Shown: positions 1-13,778, numbered from the stretch's first letter. The stretch is 64,000 bases of DNA from Octopus vulgaris (GCA_951406725.2 OX597814.1:156674001-156738000); one strand, 5' to 3'. A program made the numbers and translations. Notes: generated from the sequence alone by a model not told the origin.

Positions 1-618
1 ATGTGGCAGTTAACATGTTATGTTATAATACTTTCACTGATAGTCCTATGCCTTTCTAACGAGGGACTCTAGAGCTTTTCAGCAGCTGTAGCAGGATGAA
101 AAGAGATTAAGCATCCCACTTGTCTTCAAATATGTGCACTGATTGTGGGCAAACATCACCGTTTATACAAATAGTGTTATTTATTTCTATTCCTCAGACT
201 AAGGGAAATATTACCTTGCTTGAAAAGGTGTGATGATAATGATGATGCATAAATAAGAATTCAATGCATCTATGATAAAGTTCTAAGTGGTACTTCAACA
301 AAAACAAAATTCATAAGTTCTGCTCTTTTTTCAAATCCCAACACAAGACTACTTAAGTTCCAGTCTGTGCTTAAAACTTGCACTTTACATGGATAACACA
401 TCTAGACACAAATAGGGTATGATAGCAGCATAACAGAACTACATAATATGAGTTAATGTGAAATACACTAAAATAAACATTTAAATCATCAAATCTAACA
501 ATCACTAAGCAATGCATCATGCCAGAACACACAACACACTTCCAAACACCATGTGAGCCAACATACACATAGATATACATACATATATTTAAGCATAAAA
601 ACATACATACATATATAC

Positions 619-740
619 ATCATCATCATCATCATCATTTAACGTTAGCTTTCCATGCTGGCATGGGTTGGACGATTTGACTGAGCACTGGTGAACCAGA
701 TGGCTGCACCAGGCTCCAATCTGATCTGGCAAGGTTTCAC
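619..740 (-). mobile_element. RTE-LINE 3' tail fragment
   Basis: Reverse complement of the ...CCAACCCATGCCAGCATGGAAAG...CGTTAAA(TGA)n tail also seen at the end of 52694-53437. Confidence 0.75.
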
Positions 741-1144
741 ATATATCATATATACATACATGTAGGCTCATACATTTATACATATATAAATATGCATACT
801 GATATACATACATACATGCACACACACACACACACTGTCCTCATCTCATTTGGTGTGAATCCACAGTTTGACTAAGACAAAGAGTACAAGTCATAAGATT
901 GTTTATAAGTTTACACCATCTTATATATATATTTCATTAGCATCAAATAATATAAACTATATAATCAAAACATACTGTCATTTGAAAGATGGTTGCTATC
1001 CTGCAATCTTATAAATAAAAGTTACACATCTTTGAAGATTTAACAGTACATTTTTATTATATAATTTATAATTCTTTCTTAGTGAAACACATGTAAGAAA
1101 GTGTAACTAAATAAATTATAAGTGATCGTGATTGTTATGTTCTG

Positions 1145-1184
<40 letters not shown>

Positions 1185-1267
1185 TTTTATTCTTGTAATC
1201 ATTTCAGCTATGCGTTTGCGGTCATGCTGGAGCACAACCGTGAAGACACACACACACACACACACAC

Positions 1268-1900
1268 TATGTGGTAGAAAGTTTTCTTACAGACCACATG
1301 GTTCCAGGTTCAATCACAGTGAGTGACACCTTGGGAAAATGATTTCCACTCTAGATACAAAGCCTTGTGAGTAGATTTGATAGATAGAAACTGAACAATG
1401 CCCATCATGTATACGTATATGTGTATAAATATATATAAGTGTGTGTCTTTGTATTTGCCCCAGCATTGCTTGACAACCAGTGTTGGTTTGTTCATATCCC
1501 TGTAACTTTGCAATTCAGCAAAAGAGTTTGAAAGAATAAGTACCAGAGCTGGCAGAAACATTAGCACGCTGGGTGAAATGCTTAGCGGTATTTCGTCTGC
1601 CACTACGTTCTGAGTTCAAATTCCGCCTAGGTTGACTTTGCTTTTCATCCTTTCAGGGTCGATTAAATAAGTACCAGTTATGCACTGGGGTCAATATAAT
1701 CAACTTAATTCGTTTGTCTGTCCTTGATTGTCCCCTCCGTGTGTAGCCCCTTGTGTACAGTAAAGAAATAAGAATAAGTACCAGATTCAAATAAGAAATA
1801 CTGAGGTTGATTCATTCGGCTAAAAACCCTTGAAGGTGTTGCCCCAATATGGCCACAAACTAATGACAAACAAGTTAAGAGATAAAAGAAAACAATAAAT
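1268..1900 (+). mobile_element. tRNA-derived SINE (family B) with a nested family-A SINE at 1548-1769
   Basis: Matches the family-B copies at 33396 and 40494. The nested insert is flanked by the 16-bp duplication AAGAATAAGTACCAGA (1532-1547 and 1770-1785). Confidence 0.8.
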
Positions 1901-2599
1901 ATATACATATGTATGTATATATGTATGCATGCATTGAAGCACTAATGATAGATTCTTCTGGTGAAAAAAGAATCTATCATGCCGTGGAAAGGGAATGATT
2001 AAAGAGTATGTGTGTGTGAGTTAGAGACAGAGAGAGTAATTCAAATGAAGAAAAAAACAAGCATATACACAAAACACACATGTGAACATTGGTGGTGCAC
2101 AAATACATACTGTGTATGTATATTTGAGAGTGGGGTACATGTATATGTATTCATGTGATCAGCACTTGTATGTGTATGAGTATGTGTATATGTGCCAGTA
2201 GAGTAGTTTAACTTTCTCTCTCTCACTGTTTATCTAACAATTTTCTATATGCATCTTTGGTGCAAACTGTCAAAGATTGAATATCTGGTTATGTATTTTA
2301 TTATCTATATCTTAATGATTGCATTACTAACTTTCTTCATAACGTGTACACCAGCATATCCCAGATAGTTTTCTCAACTAACATTGAAGCTGAAGGTGCA
2401 TTCACAGAATAATTTTATAAGAAAGCAGAACAAGAGCATAAATCTTTATTAAAATATATTTGGTTTCTGCTATATATATATATGTGTGTGTGTATAAATA
2501 CATACATGTATATACACACAAACACATATATATACACATACATATTTATATACATATATACAGATGTTTATATACATATATATAAATGTTTATATACAT

Positions 2600-3225
2600 C
2601 CGTGTCGGTGGCACGTAAAAGCACCATCCGTTCGTGGCCGTTTGCCAGCTCTGTCTGGCCCCGTGTCGGTGGCACGTAAAAGCACCATCCGTCCGTGTCC
2701 GTTGCCAGCCTCGGCTGGCCCCCGTGCCGGTGACACGTAAAAGCACCGTCCACTCGTGGCCGTTTGCCAGCTCTGTCTGGCAACCGTGTCGGTGGCACGT
2801 AAAAGCACCATCCGTTCGCGTCCGTTGCCAGCCTCGGCTGGCCCCCGTGCCGGTGACACGTAAAAGCACCGTCCGTTCGTGGCCGGTTGCCAGCTCTATC
2901 TGGCCCCGTGTCGGTGGCACGTAAAAGCACCATCCGTTCGTGTCCGTTGCCAGCATCGCCTGGCCCCGTGCCGGTGACATGTAAAAGCACCATCCATTCG
3001 TGGCTGTTCGCCAGCTCTGTCTGGCACCTGTGCAGGTGGCACGTAAAAAACACCCACTACACTCGCGGAGTGGTTGGCGTTAGGAAGGGCATCCAGCCGT
3101 AGAAACACTGCCAGATCTGACTGGGCCTGACGAAGCCTTCCAGCTTCACAGACCCCAGTTGACCCGTCCAACCCATGCTAGCATGGAAAGCGGACGCTAA
3201 ACGATGATGATGATTATGATGATGA
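2600..3225 (+). mobile_element. Young 5'-truncated RTE-LINE 3'UTR with about 8 tandem 61-62 bp units and a (GAT)n tail
   Basis: Repeated CCGTGYCGGTGRCACGTAAAAGCACC units, then GGTTGGCGTTAGGAAGGGCATCCAGC...GGACGCTAAACGATGATGAT; CpGs well preserved. Confidence 0.8.
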
Positions 3226-3811
3226 TACATATTTATATTTATACACACACACACACACACATACATATTTATATGCACAAACACACGCATATACATACAT
3301 TTATATATACACACACACATAAGTGTGAGTGTGTGTGTATAAGTCTGTATTTATTATATATCATATTTACAAATAAATAATTCTTTATAGAATATTCACT
3401 TTCCAATAATCAAAGGTGAGAGCTGCTATATGAATTTCAATTTTTTTTCAATGTTTATAATTAATTTCTTTTGTTTTGATCATGCTCCATCATTGGATTT
3501 TTTATATTTTTCTTTCATCTCCACAAATATCAAAAAAAAAGATATTTTTCAAGAAATAGAGCATAGAGTGAGCAAAGGAAAGAGAGCAAGAGAGAGAGAG
3601 AGGCGGGGTTGCAAGCGAAATATATTCAAAAGCGTGATTATTAAAAGATTTGAATATAAACATGTTTACTTAATGAAATGAGATGTTGAAGTAACCAACA
3701 CATCATCTCCCCTTCTCACACTCTCTCTTTCTCCCATCCCCTCTTATTCTTCCCTACTTACTGTACCATTATTATTAGTAGTAGTAGTAGCAGTAGTAGT
3801 TGTAATATTAT

Positions 3812-4023
3812 TAAGCTGATGAGCTGGCAGAATCATTAGCATACTGGACAAAATACTTAGCAGTATTTCGCCTGTTGCTATATTCTAAATTCAAAATCTG
3901 CCAAGGTCGACTTTGCTGTTCATCATTTCAGGGTCGACACACTGGGGTTGCTGTAGTTGACTCATCCCCACCTTTCCCAAGCTACCCTTGTGGCAAAATT
4001 TTGAAATAATAATAATAATAATA

Positions 4024-4057
<34 letters not shown>

Positions 4058-4920
4058 ATAGTGGTGGTGGTGGTAGTAGTAGTAGCAAGGTGGTGAACTT
4101 GCAGAATTGTTAGCATGCCGGACAAACATACTTAGCGGTATTTCGCCCGTTACATTCTGAGTTCAAATTCCACCAAAGTCAACTTTACCTTTCATCCTTT
4201 CAGGATTGATAAACTAAGTACCAGTTGTTATTGGGAGTCGATGCAATCAGCTATCTCCACCCCCAAATTTCAGGCTTTGTCCCTATAGTAGAAAGGATTA
4301 TTATTATTTTTAAGGCAGTAAGCTGGGAGAATCATTAGTATGCCAGGCAAAATGCTCAGTGGTATCTCGCCCATCACTATGTTCTGAATTCAAATTCTGC
4401 CAAGGTTGACTTTGCCTTTCATCCTTTCAGGGTCAATAAATTAAGTACCAGTTATGTACTGGGATCAATCTAATTGACTGACCCCCTCCCCAAAAATTTC
4501 AGGCCTTGTGCCTATAGTTGAAAGGATTATTATTATCATTATTATTATAAAGGTAGCAAGCTGGCAGAATTGTTAGACAAAATGCTTTAGCAGCATTTCT
4601 TTCAGCTCTTTAGCTTCAGGGTTTAAATAGCACTGAGGTCAGCTTTACCTTTCTATTTTTGGGAGTTGATAAAATAAAGTACCAATTGAGTACAGGAGTT
4701 GGTGTAATTAACTGACATCCTCCCTCTAAAATTGCTGGTCTTGAGCCAAAATTGGAGACTATTAATATTATCATTATTATGATGGTGAGCTGGTACAACT
4801 TTTAGCATGATGGGCAAAATGCTTAGGGGGCATTTCGTTTGTTTCTATATTCAGGGCCAATAAAATAAATATCAGTCAAGTATCCTCCCCACAAAATTTC
4901 AGGCCTTTTGCCTATAAGAG
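3812..4920 (+). mobile_element. Head-to-tail cluster of about 5 family-A tRNA-SINEs (Nin/Deu-like core)
   Basis: Repeated GAGCTGGCAGAAT...GAGTTCAAATTC (A/B boxes) and GCCTTTCATCCTTTCAGGGTC...AAGTACCAG core, separated by (TTA)n/(TAG)n. Confidence 0.8.
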
Positions 4921-5548
4921 AATATTATTATTATTATTATTACTATTATTATTATCATCATTGTTTGCCTTAATTCATACAAGCTGCACCCAAGTCTCAA
5001 ACAGAGAGGTCAAGGCACAATGGTTTTGCATCTACAGATGCAAACAAGAGAGGTGCAATGCAATAGAGAAAACTGATGCCCATATATAAAAAATTCTTCT
5101 CAATTATCCACCCAGCCATCCTTATATATTGCGCAGAAGCCATACATCATCTTTATAGAAAGGTACATGTGCCTATCCCTCCATCATACTCTACCCTCTG
5201 AACACATACCATAAAGCTGCCTCTCTCTCCCCACAACTACAACCTCATTCAGTTGAGTAAGATTTTTCTTTGTCTTGCAAATTCGTTGAAGACCTCAAAA
5301 GTAGAGGTGCCTTGAAAATAGCACCCAGTACACACTGCAAAGTCACTGACATCCAATCTGTAGAAGCCATGACAAAACAGACAATGTAGCCCTTTGGCTA
5401 GTCAGATCCTGTCAAGCCATCCAACCCATGCCAGCAGAGAAGACAGACATTAAATGATAATATATATATGTATTTATTTTGTCAGTCAAGTTTCACATAA
5501 CAGTAGTTTTTGAGCAGGAATCATATACTCTACACATATTGAACTCTC

Positions 5549-5712
<164 letters not shown>

Positions 5713-5851
5713 TTATGCTTGTTTCTCCACCACTTGACAACCAGTGTTGATATGTTTGATCAACACTACAAAGCAATACTATAGCATAACTGCAGTCCAA
5801 TGACAGAACAAGTATAAGCATGTGTCCATGTGTGTGTGTGTGTGTATATAT

Positions 5852-5897
<46 letters not shown>

Positions 5898-7360
5898 GCA
5901 AATGCATACGTATAACTATGAATGTATATACATGTATGAGTGTGTGGATGCATAGACTGTGAACATGTCTATGTTCAAATCTGATCATTTTTATTAAATA
6001 TTTTTCATATTCTTAACTAGTCCTTTACATTCAGTTAGGAATACTATCACTCCTAAATCCATAAACCCATTAATGTATCAAAGGTATTTCAACACCACCC
6101 TTGGAATGACATGATTGTTAAACAGTATGTTTTCACACATTTTGCTTTGGATCACAAAGAGTGAGAAAAGTGTTGGTGATTTTTGTTGTTTTTGACAAGC
6201 ATTTAAAAATTATTCAACAGTTAAGTCTGATAGAGTTTTTTTTTTTTGTTAATTTCATTTGTGTTTTACCTGTGGGTTTATGTTGTTTTTTAGGTTTTAT
6301 TTTCTGTTGAATATTCTCAATATTTGTGTAATCCTGTATAGAACTTTACTGATGATGCTGTTCCTAACTAATGTATTTTTATCAAGTTGTTTACCATGTA
6401 TTGCATTGTAGCATGTTACAATGGCTCTGTTTAAATACATAGACATTCAAGTAGTGTTGAATTTAGCAGTTTGATTCATTAAGTTTACAATTTTCATGTT
6501 TGGAATTGTAAATTTCATAAGTATTGCCAAAGTATTTTCTGGAATTCATTGGTTTGTGATTTTGAATTAATGAGATTTTCCATAATATGTGCCAAGTAAA
6601 AAGCATTGTTGTTGGTGCTGGTGCCACGTAAAAAGCACTGGTGATGATGTCACATAAAAAGCACTCAGTACACTCTGTAAAGTGGTTAATGTTAGGAAGG
6701 ACATCCAGTTATAGAAATCAAGCTAAAACAGACTATGGTACTTGGTGTGGCTCCTGGCCTTGCCACTTCCTATAAAGCTGCCCAACCAACACCAGCATGG
6801 AAAATGGACAGTAAATGATGATAATATTCTAACAGTGGGTTTGTGGTTAGAAGTGATACATATGTCCACTTGACCTGTTTCATCAGTCATGTCAGTAACA
6901 AAAACATTATAAAAATTGATAACAAAAAGTATAGTGACTTATTCACAGGTAAAGAGTAACAAGTACTGCCATATTTGCAATTAGTAAAATTTGGTGAATT
7001 GAGAGTAAGCTTTAAGAAGCTTAGCATGAACTAAATAACAACCTCTATATTGTAATCCAAAAAGGTTAACAACAACAATCCTTGGACATTACTGTACCAT
7101 GTCCAAACACGGCTGCTCAGTTTGCACAGTATGAAAGTGATTAGGATCATAAAATCCCCTTCAATGGGGTACCAGTCTGTCATTGGACACTCATCTAAAG
7201 CCAAGTGGACTGGAGCAACATAAATTGAAGTGTTTTGTTCAATATCACAATGCACCCTTTGGCCCAGGAATTGAAACGACAATCTTACAATGAGTGCAAC
7301 ACTCTAATCATTAAGTCACATGTCTTCACTAAAACAAAATTATTACATTGCAAAATATCA

Positions 7361-7945
7361 GCAAGCCAAGTGAGACCGTAACCTTGTGGCCTATGCCAGG
7401 GGTGTAACCAGCCCACGTATGTGTACCTTTCCTTCATTGGACACTAAACTTTGCTTGCAAAGACCTGTTGAGGCGAGTGAAATCAAAATCAAATTCAATG
7501 ACTGGCATCCGTGCTAGTAGAACATTAAGAGCACCATCCAAGTGTGATCGTTGCCAGAGCAGCTAACTGAACCGGTGGCACATAAAATGCACCATCCGTG
7601 CATGATCATTACCAGTATCACCTTACTGGAACTTATGCCAGTAGCATGTGAAAAAACATTTGAGTGAGCTCATTGCAAGTGTAGATAGCATGTCAAAAAC
7701 ATCATTTGAGCGTGGGCGTTGCCAGTACCGCCTGACTGGCCCTCGTGCCGGTGGCACATAAAAGCACCCACTACACTCTCGGAGTGGTTGGCATTAGGAA
7801 GGGCATCCAGCTGTAGAAACTCTGCCATATCAAATTGGAGCCTGGTGCAGATATCTGGTTTGCCAGTCCTCAATCAAATCGTCCAACCTATGCTAGCATG
7901 AAAGGCGGACGTTAAACGATGATGATGATAATGCTGATGATGATA
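7361..7945 (+). mobile_element. RTE-LINE 3'UTR, truncated near the ORF stop
   Basis: Begins GCAAGCCAAGTGAGAC, the same sequence as the ORF end in 52694-53437, followed by GGCACATAAAAGCACC units and the (GAT)n tail. Confidence 0.8.
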
Positions 7946-10900
7946 CTACAAGACAGTCCAAAATGTTTTTTAAATTACAACAAACAACAGTAAAATTGAA
8001 AATTATCTCATGGTAGATAGCTTTCACTTTATAATATTATTAGAAAGCTTTTTAACACCTTCCAGCTGAAGAAGCATGTTAAAATCTTTATGTGCATAAA
8101 TAGTACAATAATCTTGTACTAGATTTACGAAGGTAGCTCTCATATCTGTTTCATATGAAATAATCTTGATTTTTTCAAATCCATTTTATAGCTAGTGTGC
8201 ATGTGCACACACACACACACACTATCCATATAATATGCACTTGCATTTATATCTTGGTGTGAACAGATATAAACATAAATGCATTGGTTGCTTGTTAAAT
8301 TTTGGAAAGCTGTTATTACCATTTCTTCTGAAGATGTCTGCAATCAAAAACTAATAGTTCCTAAAATAACTGTAGCTAGCTTTCATGGACTTTTTGTTGA
8401 AGATTTTAGTATCTGCAAGTAGCCAAGAAGTATCTTTGCACCAGGTTTAAGAATGTTTTATTGATATTGGATATACTTAGGATTTCAGGAGGATTAAACC
8501 AGGTGATGTTACCATGCTATCTTGGACAATAAATTCTTCAGTAAGGATTTGGTTTACAGTGCTAATATAAAGATTATCAGTCTACAATAAATGATCTTTT
8601 TTTTTTAGAATTAGTAGAACATACCTTTCAGAACAGGTATAAACAGTACACATTTTTTTAAGATATCCACAGAATGAAACAACATCTGATTCACAAGAGA
8701 TCTTAAGACTGAGGCATAAAGGCACCACAAACTTTAAGACACTGTGGTCATTGTTATAATTTACCTACGCATATTCTGAAGGATCTAGATTATGCTGCTA
8801 TTACAACCTTGTAAAATTCCTCATATTAACCTCTAGATTTAACTTGATGTCTAGGAAAACTATTTTTTCTTCATATTTGGATAAAGAACTTGAATTTGGC
8901 AATTGAATCAATTTTGCTTTATTTCATTGAACCATTGATTAGCTGTTTTTCCTGTCCTGTTAATATACATGTCACTGTCCACCTCAACATTTTTCTTCTT
9001 TCATTCTTCCACCTCAACATTTTTTTCCTTCATTCTTCCATTTTTTTCCTTTAACTTTCTCTTTATCACTTACCTCAACCATCAGTACTCTGAATACATT
9101 CACAATTTTCTCACCACTGTCTCTTTCTTGATTCAGCCCATTACTTACATATTCACAAACCATGAATTTTCTTATTCACTTCCACACTCCTCACGTTTCT
9201 CTACAATTCTACTGTAGCTAATTGTATTAAACTTTCAGTGTAGTCCAGCAAGCAATCTTCTACCTACCTCTCTTTTCTAACAACTTCTTTTTCTCTTTCT
9301 CTTTATACTTTTTTATATTTCTGTATCCTTTTCTTCCTCTTCTCTTACCCCACCCTGTTTTCTCTTTCTCCTTACCTTCTTTCAGGTATTGCTTCATTAT
9401 ATTGCAGTTTTTCTTGCTCTATCACTTTTATTTCTAGTTTTGAATCTAAATATCTTCTCAAACATTGAATATTATGAAATTTCAAATATTAGAATCTCAG
9501 TATACAGAAACTTTATGTTGACTAAATATACAGCACTTGTATAAGCTGTAATCTATAACAAAACCTTTAGTTGGATCAACAATAGCAACAGGAATTTCAG
9601 AGCAAGAACAGTGCAAAATATCAGTTTAATTTCTCATACTACATAAACACTCACACACTAATAGTAAAAATGGCTGAATGCTACAAATATAAAGAAAAGC
9701 TGATCCATAAAATTTTATCAACTGATTTTCAAAGGATTGTCTTTAAGAAAATATGTTGCAGATTTGCATTCTTGCAGTATTAAATTTCTTCAGATTGTGA
9801 AAACAGATTATAATATCCTTTCTGAGAATTAATGTTTAAAGATGAAAATTTGGCATCAAATATTATTGTAAGAAATAAAAAAAATATACAGGAATTAAGA
9901 ATTAAAATTTATGAAAATATTTATGTAGAAGTAAAGAGCATAAATATGGAAAGAGTCTCCATCTATATAATGTTATGAATTATCTAAATAACAAAGACGC
10001 TTGTGGCAATGTTGCTTTGCTAAGAATGGATGTACAAAATTACTTCAAAAGACGATACTAAAAAACTTAAAAACAACAAAAGTGACATGAAATATACAAT
10101 GATAAAACCCACCATTTAATATAACAGCAAACTATTAAATTTCACTCTAAGTTATTTACCAAACATTTATACTCCTTCAGAAATACAATAAAATTTTTAA
10201 GAATACCATTAAACATTCATACTCTACTTATCAATGTTTACATACATACTTCTCTTACTTGCATAAATTTAATACATAAATCAACATCCAATCCTTTTAG
10301 GTGTAAATGTAGCTGTAATGATAATGTCATGTGTTCACTGGATCTCAATTGTCTTGAAAGATGCACTCTACCAAAGTGAAACAAAGACCCATAATACATC
10401 TGTGTGTTTGTGTGTGAAGCTCATGTCAAACTCCTTTAAAACCTGCTACAATCCACATACATTCATTCAGAAATAAACAATAAGGAAAAACAACACCTTT
10501 CATTTGGGATATGAAAAACAAGAAACAATTCAATAACAAGTTTAACATCAATCAGGGCTAAATCCTACAACTCTAGTGAGAAAAAAAAAATCATGTAATC
10601 TATATCTTATAGAAACTTTTAAAATATTTTCGGTAAACTCATTGACAAATGTTCTGAAAGAATATCTTCATGTCAAAATAAATATATTAAACTCGGATAT
10701 TTTGAGCACACAATATATCCTAAACACACATCACTTCATCCTATTTGTCTACAAGTTCTTCACCCAGTCAACTTCTAGTAATTGCAATACCTATAGCACT
10801 ACATAATTTTAAATGTAAACTAACCATATCTAGTTCTTCTTAAGCAAATATTCATATCCATATAGGACTTTTAGTATTATTTATGAAGCTTGTAAATTAA

Positions 10901-11109
10901 GTAGGTAGTCTGAATTTGTTGAGATTAGGTGATCCCGCATGACTACTTACATAGTAAAGGTAAACTAAAACACTGATAGAAGCTTTCAGTTTTTTTCCCA
11001 AAATGGTTTTCAAAGCTTTCTTTATATTTATTCAAAAGTTTCAATAATCATCAACACCAGTCATCTAATTTCTATGGACAGTATATTATTTCATACCTTT
11101 TAATACCAA

Positions 11110-11469
11110 CTAGCACTATGATCCGGTGTTGCCGAGTCATAGTGCTAGTGCATGCATATACAGCTGCGTGCATGCGCACATATACACGAGTACTGTCCAA
11201 ATCTCCGACCAATCACATACAGCTAACTGGCATTCAATTGGCGTATCAAGTTTCGGGCATTTTGATTGGGTTTTGGATAGAAAATTCACAAAAAAGTCAC
11301 TTCTATTGATTTTTTAATGGGGTGACTGGGGAAATGTAAAGATGTGCACAACCACCCTTGGACAGTTTTGAATGACCATAGAAAGTGCAAGCCCTCTAAC
11401 TGAAAAATTGCGGATTTGTATAAAGGATACACACACAGACAGACATTTTGCCATTTATATATATAGAGA
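11110..11469 (-). mobile_element. Complete 360-bp non-autonomous Helitron
   Basis: Minus strand reads A|TCTCTATATAT...hairpin...CTAG|T: canonical 5'-TC, 3'-CTAG, A/T insertion site, no TSD. Terminal hairpin CTAGCACTATGA...TCATAGTGCTAG at 11110-11148. Confidence 0.75.
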
Positions 11470-12281
11470 TGTCATATTTTTGTAAACTTTTAAGCATTAA
11501 AAGAGAAATGATGACAAGATTCCATTTTTTAAAAGCTGAACAAATTTATGTAACATAAACCTGAAAGCAATACATTTAAAAAAAATTTTAAGTTTTTCAA
11601 TATTCTATTTATCAGCTTCTCTTTGTAACTAAATAGGAGGTTGACAATTTATCACCCACTTTTAACACATATCTGAATATAGTTTAGTTTTTTGTTTTCA
11701 GCCATTTAATATAATGAGTATAAAGTATGTCTAATTGTAATGTTGCTAAACCAGTTGATATTTATACCTACCAACTAAATTACTAGACGACAGTGATGAC
11801 ACATGAGTTAGAACCACATGCCTGAGTTGATGATAAAAAAGAAAAAAATACCAAAATCCTTAATGATCAAAATAACAAGTTAATTAAGTTAGTGTTAATA
11901 AATCTACCATAGTGAATTACTAAATAAATATATAAATCACATATGAATCAATAAGAGAGCCTCTGTGCGATTGCTTATCTACTGAAAAAAAAAAGCAACT
12001 AAATCTTCCTAAAAATCACACTTTACCATCTTTAGTATGTTAGGACTCATCCTAGTCCTAGACATACTGTGTCTAATAAAAGATGGATAGTTACAGCTGG
12101 AACATCTTTGAACATCATTTGATCAGAATTAACCTGAATCTGAATAATAACAGTAACAACTAAAGTTAAGTTTTCTACCTGATATTTCAGTGGAATTTTT
12201 TCTTTTGCTAAAATTAAAATAAGAACGATAGAATGATAAAACATCTTTATAGAAATATCAATAAATATTAAGCATATTTAC

Positions 12282-13246
12282 CTTGATCCTAAAAGTGATT
12301 GGTTAGAAAGCTGTTTCTTCACGAGATCTTGAAGCTTGCTCTCTCTTGTTGCTAACAAGATATTGTCTGTAGACTGAACACTGAATCTGTCCTTATTTTC
12401 AATGTTCTTTTCACATACACTCATGCATCTCTGGTTGCCTGGTAACACAGAACTGCTACAGTTTGTACTAGAAATATCTACGTTACTGTCATTGGCAGCA
12501 GTCATAGATTTTGGACCATATTTTGAGATGCTTACGGAATCTCCATCTCTATCTTCACCAGAAAACTCTATAGAGTCAAAATGTGCTAGTGGAGCATGAA
12601 GACTGACATCATCAACAAAAATATCAGAAACTTGACTTGTTGCACGATCCATGCTGGTGACCATAGTTCGTGTCCAGTCCAGACTGTCAGTAGACTTCCA
12701 GGAAAGCCTGCTAGACTTCCTCTCAATACGTCCTTTGCATTTTGGTTTACGGTGAATAACGCTAGTTTCATAAGGTCTCCTAGGCTGTGGTGGTAGTTTT
12801 GCAGCAGAAGATCTTGATGCTGATGTCCAATCAACATTACTCTCAGGTAGTTTGGTCAAGTATTCAAACTTGCAATGACCATTTATTTCACAGTTCTCTC
12901 CACAAGCACATGGTCCATTGTCGATGAGTTCGAATGTGTCTGTTGCTTCCCGTAACTCACTGTTTTCAGCAAGCTCTTTAGTCTCTTTGTTACACTGTGA
13001 AGATATTAGACTTTCAATACCACTGTCAATTGTATTGATCTTGACTTCCTCTCCTTTCTCTTGTCCACTTACAGCACTTGACTGAGACGCTGAGGCCGGT
13101 TGCCCACTCTGATCTTTGACAGGTTTATACACGTATAGTGATCCATTTGGTTGGTGGCGCCCTCCAGCAGAATCTTTAGGAATTGGCGGACTCCTCGTGT
13201 TACTCTCAGCCGCATCATGACCTGACTTAGAGTAACACGTTCCCAT
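12282..13246 (-). CDS. First coding exon of an unidentified multi-exon gene; about 321 aa N-terminal region (MGTCYSKS...), Ser-rich and probably disordered, predicted N-myristoylated
   Basis: The only long non-repetitive ORF (322 codons) in the window. Acceptor TTCTTTCTATATTTCAG|G starts the exon at 13283. An in-frame TGA (13264-13262) lies upstream of the ATG, whose context is AATCATGG. The donor AAG|GTAAAT at 12282/12281 means the ORF's TAA is intronic (phase-2 intron). No domain recognised. Confidence 0.85.
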
Positions 13247-13283
13247 GATTAATTCAGGGTATCAGTCCAGTTTTATAAGTGAC
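13247..13283 (-). other. 5'UTR part of the coding exon (implies at least one upstream non-coding exon at higher coordinates)
   Basis: 37 nt between the pyrimidine-tract/CAG acceptor and the ATG. Confidence 0.65.
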
Positions 13284-13417
13284 CTGAAATATAGAAAGAA
13301 TAATGATAATAATAATGAAAAAATAATAATAATAATAATAACAATAATAATAAATGATAATAAATAATAATAATAAATAATAATAATAATTATAATAATA
13401 ATAATAATAATAATAAT

Positions 13418-13778
13418 GAAAAAATGTGGTATCTCAAGTGACTACAGTACCAGTGATTGTAGGATCTCTAGGAATGATAAAAAAGGTACTGAAACCTATT
13501 TGAAAATGATACCAGGCTTACCATCCCTACAGGAAGTGCAAAAAATTGTATTAACTGGAATGGCTCACGTACTGAGAAGAGCATTATTGCTGTGAAAACA
13601 ACATCCATTCATGAATTTATTTATTTATTAATTTTTAAATGCATATTTTTCCTGTGAATTTGTGTATGTAATCTGGGAATGCATACAATGAGCTTCTCTG
13701 CCCTAGGTGTATGAAAAACACTCAGCGAGAAACGGAAGAAAATTTGAAGAAAGGTAAAAAAAAATAATAATAATAATG
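13418..13778 (+). mobile_element. 3' end of an R4/Dong-like (restriction-like endonuclease) LINE inserted in (TAA)n
   Basis: Translates, with frameshifts, to VTTVPVIVGSLGMIKK...IPGLPSLQEVQKIVLTGMAHVLRRALLL*; flanked on both sides by (TAA)n. Confidence 0.7.

Noticed and set aside
2600-3050. CRISPR-like repeat/spacer appearance and overlapping 140-160 aa ORFs
   Set aside because: The 'spacers' are themselves repeats, the context is eukaryotic with no cas genes, and the units belong to an RTE 3'UTR; the ORFs arise from stop-free repeats.
11499-11560. Possible next exon after a TTTCAG acceptor near 11561 (minus strand)
   Set aside because: It gives only about 20 low-complexity codons before a stop and has no supporting evidence.
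12278-12281. Stop codon ending the 322-aa ORF as a single-exon gene
   Set aside because: The TAA is part of a strong AAG|GTAAAT donor, so the protein most likely continues in later exons.
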